The translations under genes and the position numbers were made by a program. Shown piece after piece: positions 59,501 through 64,000 of a stretch of 64,000 nucleotides of DNA. Under the pieces are notes generated by a model. It was not told where the DNA came from. It did no database searches and saw only the letters and a program-made list of their open reading frames with translations. The number at the start of each line of letters is the position of its first letter. Positions within the stretch are counted from its first letter, which is position 1. Source of the DNA: Macrostomum lignano (lineage: Eukaryota); contig NIVC01000176.1 in assembly GCA_002269645.1 (NCBI GenBank), forward strand, positions 372,001-436,000. The letters are read 5' to 3'.

Positions 59501-60942
59501 GATCTTCATCTGAATCCTCTCAGATTTTCCCATCAACTGTGGCTGCCTTTCAGGCATCTATCTGGACATGGACGTCGAATGCGTGAAGCCGTTCGGGCCG
59601 AGCCTCACCCGGCAGGCGGCCTTCATTGACCAGGAGCGGCTGGAGCTGACCAGAATCATTCATGGCGCCAATTTCAGCGCCATGAACTCCCTGATGGGCT
59701 CGGTGCCGGGGCATCCCTTCTTCAGTTCCATGATGCACAAAGTGCTCGCCAAGAGGCTACCCGGTAGAGCTTTAGTCTCAACTGGGCCGATTGTTCTCAC
59801 GCAGGTTTACAAGAACTACAGAGACAGCCGGTCTGCCCGCAGCTGGCCGGTGACGCTGCTGCCACCCAGCGTGGCCTCCCCGATGATGGACTGGCAGACC
59901 AACTGGACGAGTGTCTGCCACGGAGCCAGTGAGTCTCCAGCTTGGTATTCAGTATGCTTTAAGAGCATATATTTATAGTTGGAATTGCCGGAGCGATGCG
60001 AGTTTCAGTTTACATAATATACATGGAATCTCCGCTCTCTACCCGCTGATCTCCGCTCTCTACCCGCTGATCTCCGCTCTCTACCCTTGATCTCCGCTCT
60101 CTACCCGCTGATCTCCGCTCTCTACCCTTGATCTCCGCTCTCTACCCGCTGATCTCCGCTCTCTACCCTTGATCTCCGCTCTCTACCCGCTGATCTCCGC
60201 TCTCTACCCTTGATCTCCGCTCTCTACCCGCTGATCTCCGCTCTCTACCCTTGATCTCCGCTCTCTACCCTTGATCTCCGCTCTCTACCCGCTGATCTCC
60301 GCTCTCTACCCGCTGATCTCCGCTCTCTACCCTTGATCTCCGCTCTCTAACCGCTGATCTCCGCTCTCTACCTTGATCTCCGCTCTCTACCCGCTGATCT
60401 CCGCTCTCTACCTTGATCTCCGCTCTCTACCCGCTGATCTCCGCTCTCTACCCGCTGATCTCCACTCTCTACCCGCTGATCTCCGCTCTCTAACCGCTGA
60501 TCTCCGCTCTCTACCTTGATCTCCGCTCTCTACCCGCTGATCTCCACTCTCTTCCAAACTTTCCCACTCACTCTTATCCATACTTTTATCCCACTGTCTT
60601 CGCGATCTCCCCTGTGTACATGTAGATCTCTCTTCTAGACTCGTATATCCTTTCCCTATCCCTAATTAGTTCGCTCTCTACCCTTTTCTCCGCTGTCCAA
60701 TAAACGAAACGAAGCCTGCGCTCCTCTTTGCAGAGCCGCCCGGAAGAAAGAATCCTCTTCGCTGGTTGGATCGCGGCTGTCGCATGCTGAAGTTGAAAAA
60801 CTGGAGCATGGACGACTCTGACAACAGCACTGTGGCTGTGCACCGCTTCCTGCACCTGGGCTATGATTACATGAGGAAGAGGCGGAAGCCGCTGTTTAAT
60901 GTCACTGAGACTTTCAAGCCTAGAGTGAGATACTACAGCTAG
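56539..60942 (+). CDS. GT32 (Gly_transf_sug, DXD) glycosyltransferase, SUR1/OCH1-like type II membrane protein, 4 exons, about 346 aa
   Basis: Exons 56539-56610, 58161-58545, 59554-59928, 60734-60942 are in phase. Motifs [30 protein letters not shown]|[27 protein letters not shown]. The first exon and start codon are less certain. Confidence 0.82.
57320..57910 (-). mobile_element. Possible LTR relic in GT32 intron 1
   Basis: TATAAATA and AATAAA on the minus strand and short internal repeats; ends and TSD not resolved. Confidence 0.3.
58573..59328. mobile_element. Solo LTR (756 bp) in GT32 intron 2
   Basis: Ends TGTCACG...CGTCACA; 4-bp TSD GAGT. Confidence 0.85.
59345..59530. repeat. About 21 bp degenerate minisatellite (CAGAATCCTCCCAGATCTCCAT) before a GT32 acceptor
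   Basis: About 8 degenerate copies. Confidence 0.75.
60026..60550. repeat. 20/21 bp pyrimidine-rich minisatellite (GATCTCCGCTCTCTACCCGCT / ...CCCTT) in GT32 intron 3
   Basis: Two unit lengths, partly alternating. Confidence 0.96.
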
Positions 60943-61032
60943 CAGCTGCGGTATTTGGCGTGATGAACTGGCTATGTTTCTGGGCAGCATTTTTGCTTTG
61001 ATGGCAAATTAATGCTTCACCAACAACCATAT

Positions 61033-61385
61033 CATTGATCGCAAAGCCCCAAGCTCTCGATATTGATCGAGAACCACAATATATCGATCGCGAAGCCCCA
61101 AACCCTCGGTATTGATCGAGAACCACAATATATCGATCGCGAAGCCCCAACCCCTCGATATTGATCGAGAAGCCCAATATATCGATCGCGAAGCCCCAAA
61201 CCCTTGATATTGATCGAAAACCCCAATATATCGATCGCGAAGCCCCAACCCCTCGATATTGATCGAGAACCCCAATATATCGATCGCGAAGCCCCAAACC
61301 CTCGATATTGATCGAGAACCCCAATATATCGATCGCGAAGCCCCAACCCCTCGGTATTGATCGAGAACCCCAATATATCGATCGC
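61033..61385. repeat. 58-59 bp palindrome-rich tandem repeat 3' of GT32
   Basis: About 6 copies with ATATCGATCGCGA and CTCGATATTGATCGAG. Confidence 0.93.
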
Positions 61386-61773
61386 TAATCGCTAATCGCT
61401 AATAAATTTATGCTACTGGAACCAAAAAATACTAGAATGACTTGCTTGTCATTAAATGCATGCCTATTCAAAAAATCAATCAACAAATTATGAAAATTCA
61501 AAAAAGCCAGAGCATATAAAAAAATCTAACCCGCACATATAACTCTTTCAGCTTGACCGGTTATTCAGACTCTCTGCTTATTTCTCCAGTTTTGATTTTA
61601 GCCAGCTATTATGCGGAAAATAGAGACCCTAGGATAGTTCTCGCACTTTTGTTAAATAGAAAAGTTTCGAACTGATCACTCGAAATTAAACTAGGCCTAC
61701 TAATTTTTGGCGTGTAGACTAGAGGCCATTATCGGAATTATAATGCTTCCTCGGCCAAAACGTTCATTATAGA

Positions 61774-62560
61774 CAGTGTTGGGCACTTAATAAGCGTTAA
61801 TCCGTTAATAAGCGTTAATAAGCGTTAAGATTTTTCATTAACGCTAACGGACTGCCGTTAAGATTTTTTTGAACTAACGGATTAACGAATTTGCGTTAAT
61901 TATTTTGTGAGTTAACGACAAATTCATCGTTAACGTCAATGACAGTGTCAAGACCAACGACGCAAAGAAAAAACAAAAATACCAAGTCTGACGAGAAGTT
62001 AAAACATTACGAATGTATTCGAATTTACCTAAATGCCTAATTAATCTCTGTTTATGACGATGATCATGCAGATGTAACAACTTCTTACTAATGAACTTTA
62101 AAAATGAATTAAAATCGTCAGCATCGATCGATTTGATTCACTTCTTTGCCAATCTTTCGTAACTTTCTGCCGCGCCCGCTAATGCTACTGAAACAACCTT
62201 CCTATTTGTATTGTATTATTAACTAATTAGCTTTTCAAGTTTCAAATTCAGAAGTTACTTCGTTTACCGTATGCTTACTTTTAGTAGTATTATACTTACA
62301 AGTTTTTACTATTATTATTATTTGTTATTTTTTAGCTTTTAAATCGGTTGGATGACCTTGTGTTTCGCTAAAAAGATGGAAAAGCAAAAGCAGTGCATTA
62401 TGAAGTCTGTTTCGGAAAAATGTGCAAGATTTCTGTATTTTCTGTGTTAACTTTAACGGATTAACGCTTATTAACGATTATTAGATAATTTTCAGTTAAC
62501 TTAACGAAAGTAGGAGTTAAAAAGTTAAGATTTGAGCGAAGCGAAGCGAGATTCTGCCAA
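61774..62560. mobile_element. Left part of a hAT-like element (CAGTGTTGGGCAC terminus, CGTTAA/TTAACG subterminal repeats), cut by an LTR insertion
   Basis: hAT-like terminus and many TAACG/CGTTA repeats; the right TIR is not in the window. Confidence 0.5.
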
Positions 62561-64000
62561 TGTGAGCGAAGCGAACAAAGAGGCTTCCCTGGACAGACTC
62601 TACCTACTCAAGACACAGATGTCTTCTGTGGTTCGCCGCTATAAAAATACCCGACCCGATAACGTAGGGTCATAATATTTGACAAACTTTCCTGCTGCCC
62701 ATAGCTTTTTCAAATGATCAAAATTCTTAGGGACCGTGCCATCAGGTTTTGTTGCGGAGTGAACACTACACTACGGACCTGCTTAACTCCTTGTGTATTA
62801 TCTGTCTGTTCGCGAGTATCGTTTATTAGGTGTAATCCTCCTCGCCAGTCAATGCTAATGAAAGCTACACAGAGGGGCCACTGGGCGAACTGTGTCAGAC
62901 GTCCAAGTTCCACAAATAGAGCAACCTCGACGGGGATTGTGAATCTGTCTAGCCGTAGCAGCACCTGGAAGGTTTCCTAGTGGCGATACCACGCAGGAGA
63001 GCTCTCGATTATTCCAGACACGGTCGCGGCGCGCTCGCTCTCATCTGATGTTTGTTAATACACATGAGGTGCCCACATATTGGCGCCTGCAATTTAGGTT
63101 AATTAGAGCTGACTAACCCATCAAAATTATTCGGAAGCAAAAGAGCCGCTCAGAGAGAAAGAGAGATTGAGACTGTATAGTAGCCTGCGGAAAGCTGTGG
63201 CCTCAGCCCAGTTGAGAATCAGTGAGTTTAAAAGCAGCAATTCGAGAAAATCCGAGATTGGATTCAAGACAGAGAATCAAGAAAGATTTTAGGTGTGAAA
63301 AATTGGAGTCAAGTGTGACTGCGGTGTGAGTGGAATAAGTGAAGTTTCCGCTTTGTTGGTTTTTGCTTATTTTTTCATTTTTGTGTTTTGTTTTTGCGAT
63401 CATTATCGCAAGCCCCGCGCTCGTACTGTACGCTTTTTGTATATAGATTGCGTATCTTTTGCTTATTTGCGTTTTTTTTATTTTTGCTTGTAATTTATTG
63501 CTTTTGTCTTGAGCTCCCCAACTCAACCCCCCATTGCTCACTTGTGTGAAAACCCTACCCCAGTTAGGCTTTTTGCACAATCTCCCCCCTTCCCCCATTC
63601 GATTCGATTCATTGCTATTGTCTTGCTTTGAAGCAGACACCCAATTTCGGCTAGTAGCCAATTGTATTCATTCTTTCCTCCCGGTTCGGATCAGATTTTC
63701 ATTCTTTTGTTCTGTCCCGGCAACTGGTGTTGTGCCCGAACTATGGAAACATGTAATTCCAGTACCACTAAGTCAGGAGGTAGAGGCAGAAGAGGTAGAG
63801 GGAATAGGGACGGTTCAGCAGCCGCCGCTGCAGCTGCCTGCGATTTTGAAGCAATTTTAAATATGAAGCATTCCATTCAGTAGGTGGGAATGAACTGCAC
63901 TGCTACTGTCGCTGAGATCTGTTCTAGAGAAAAGGAAGCTTGGAGAATCTGTGCTGTTGTTAGAACGGAGAACCCTGCGGATATTCAGCATGTGCACATG
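62561..64000 (+). mobile_element. 5' end of a second LTR retrotransposon (LTR 62561-63077, PBS at 63081, leader, gag-like ORF from 63743)
   Basis: LTR ends TGTGAGC...GCCCACA are followed by TGGCGCC. The basic RG-rich ORF METCNSSTTKSGGRGRRGRG has one TAG at 63881 and reads on to the window end. Confidence 0.6.

Noticed and set aside
1-61385. CRISPR-like appearance of regular repeats
   Set aside because: Units are head-to-tail without unique spacers, the context is eukaryotic, and no cas genes are present.

Overview
This is eukaryotic, invertebrate-like genomic DNA. The TTAGGG-type repeats, GC-rich exons and repeat-filled introns resemble a Macrostomum-type flatworm, which is inference only. 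Six spliced protein genes can be reconstructed with consistent exon phases. On the plus strand are a claudin/PMP22-like tetraspan gene (6.6-8.8 kb) and a GT32 DXD glycosyltransferase (56.5-60.9 kb). On the minus strand are a Y-box protein, proteasome beta-2 (PSMB2), an orphan single-pass membrane protein and ELP3. About 20 different tandem arrays fill most introns and spacers, and nearly every intron has its own private unit. Mobile DNA includes a defective but young Gypsy element, the 5' end of a second LTR element, several solo LTRs with 4-bp TSDs, two decayed mariners, and a multi-level nest of 8-bp-TSD elements in Y-box intron 1. The most unusual signal is in the first introns and first exons of PSMB2 and the Y-box gene. 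These form CpG-erased, TpA/CTAG-rich domains where older repeat copies carry polarised C>T/G>A changes, including outside CpG (RIP-like). All coordinates and alignments were read by eye; no database searches were run.
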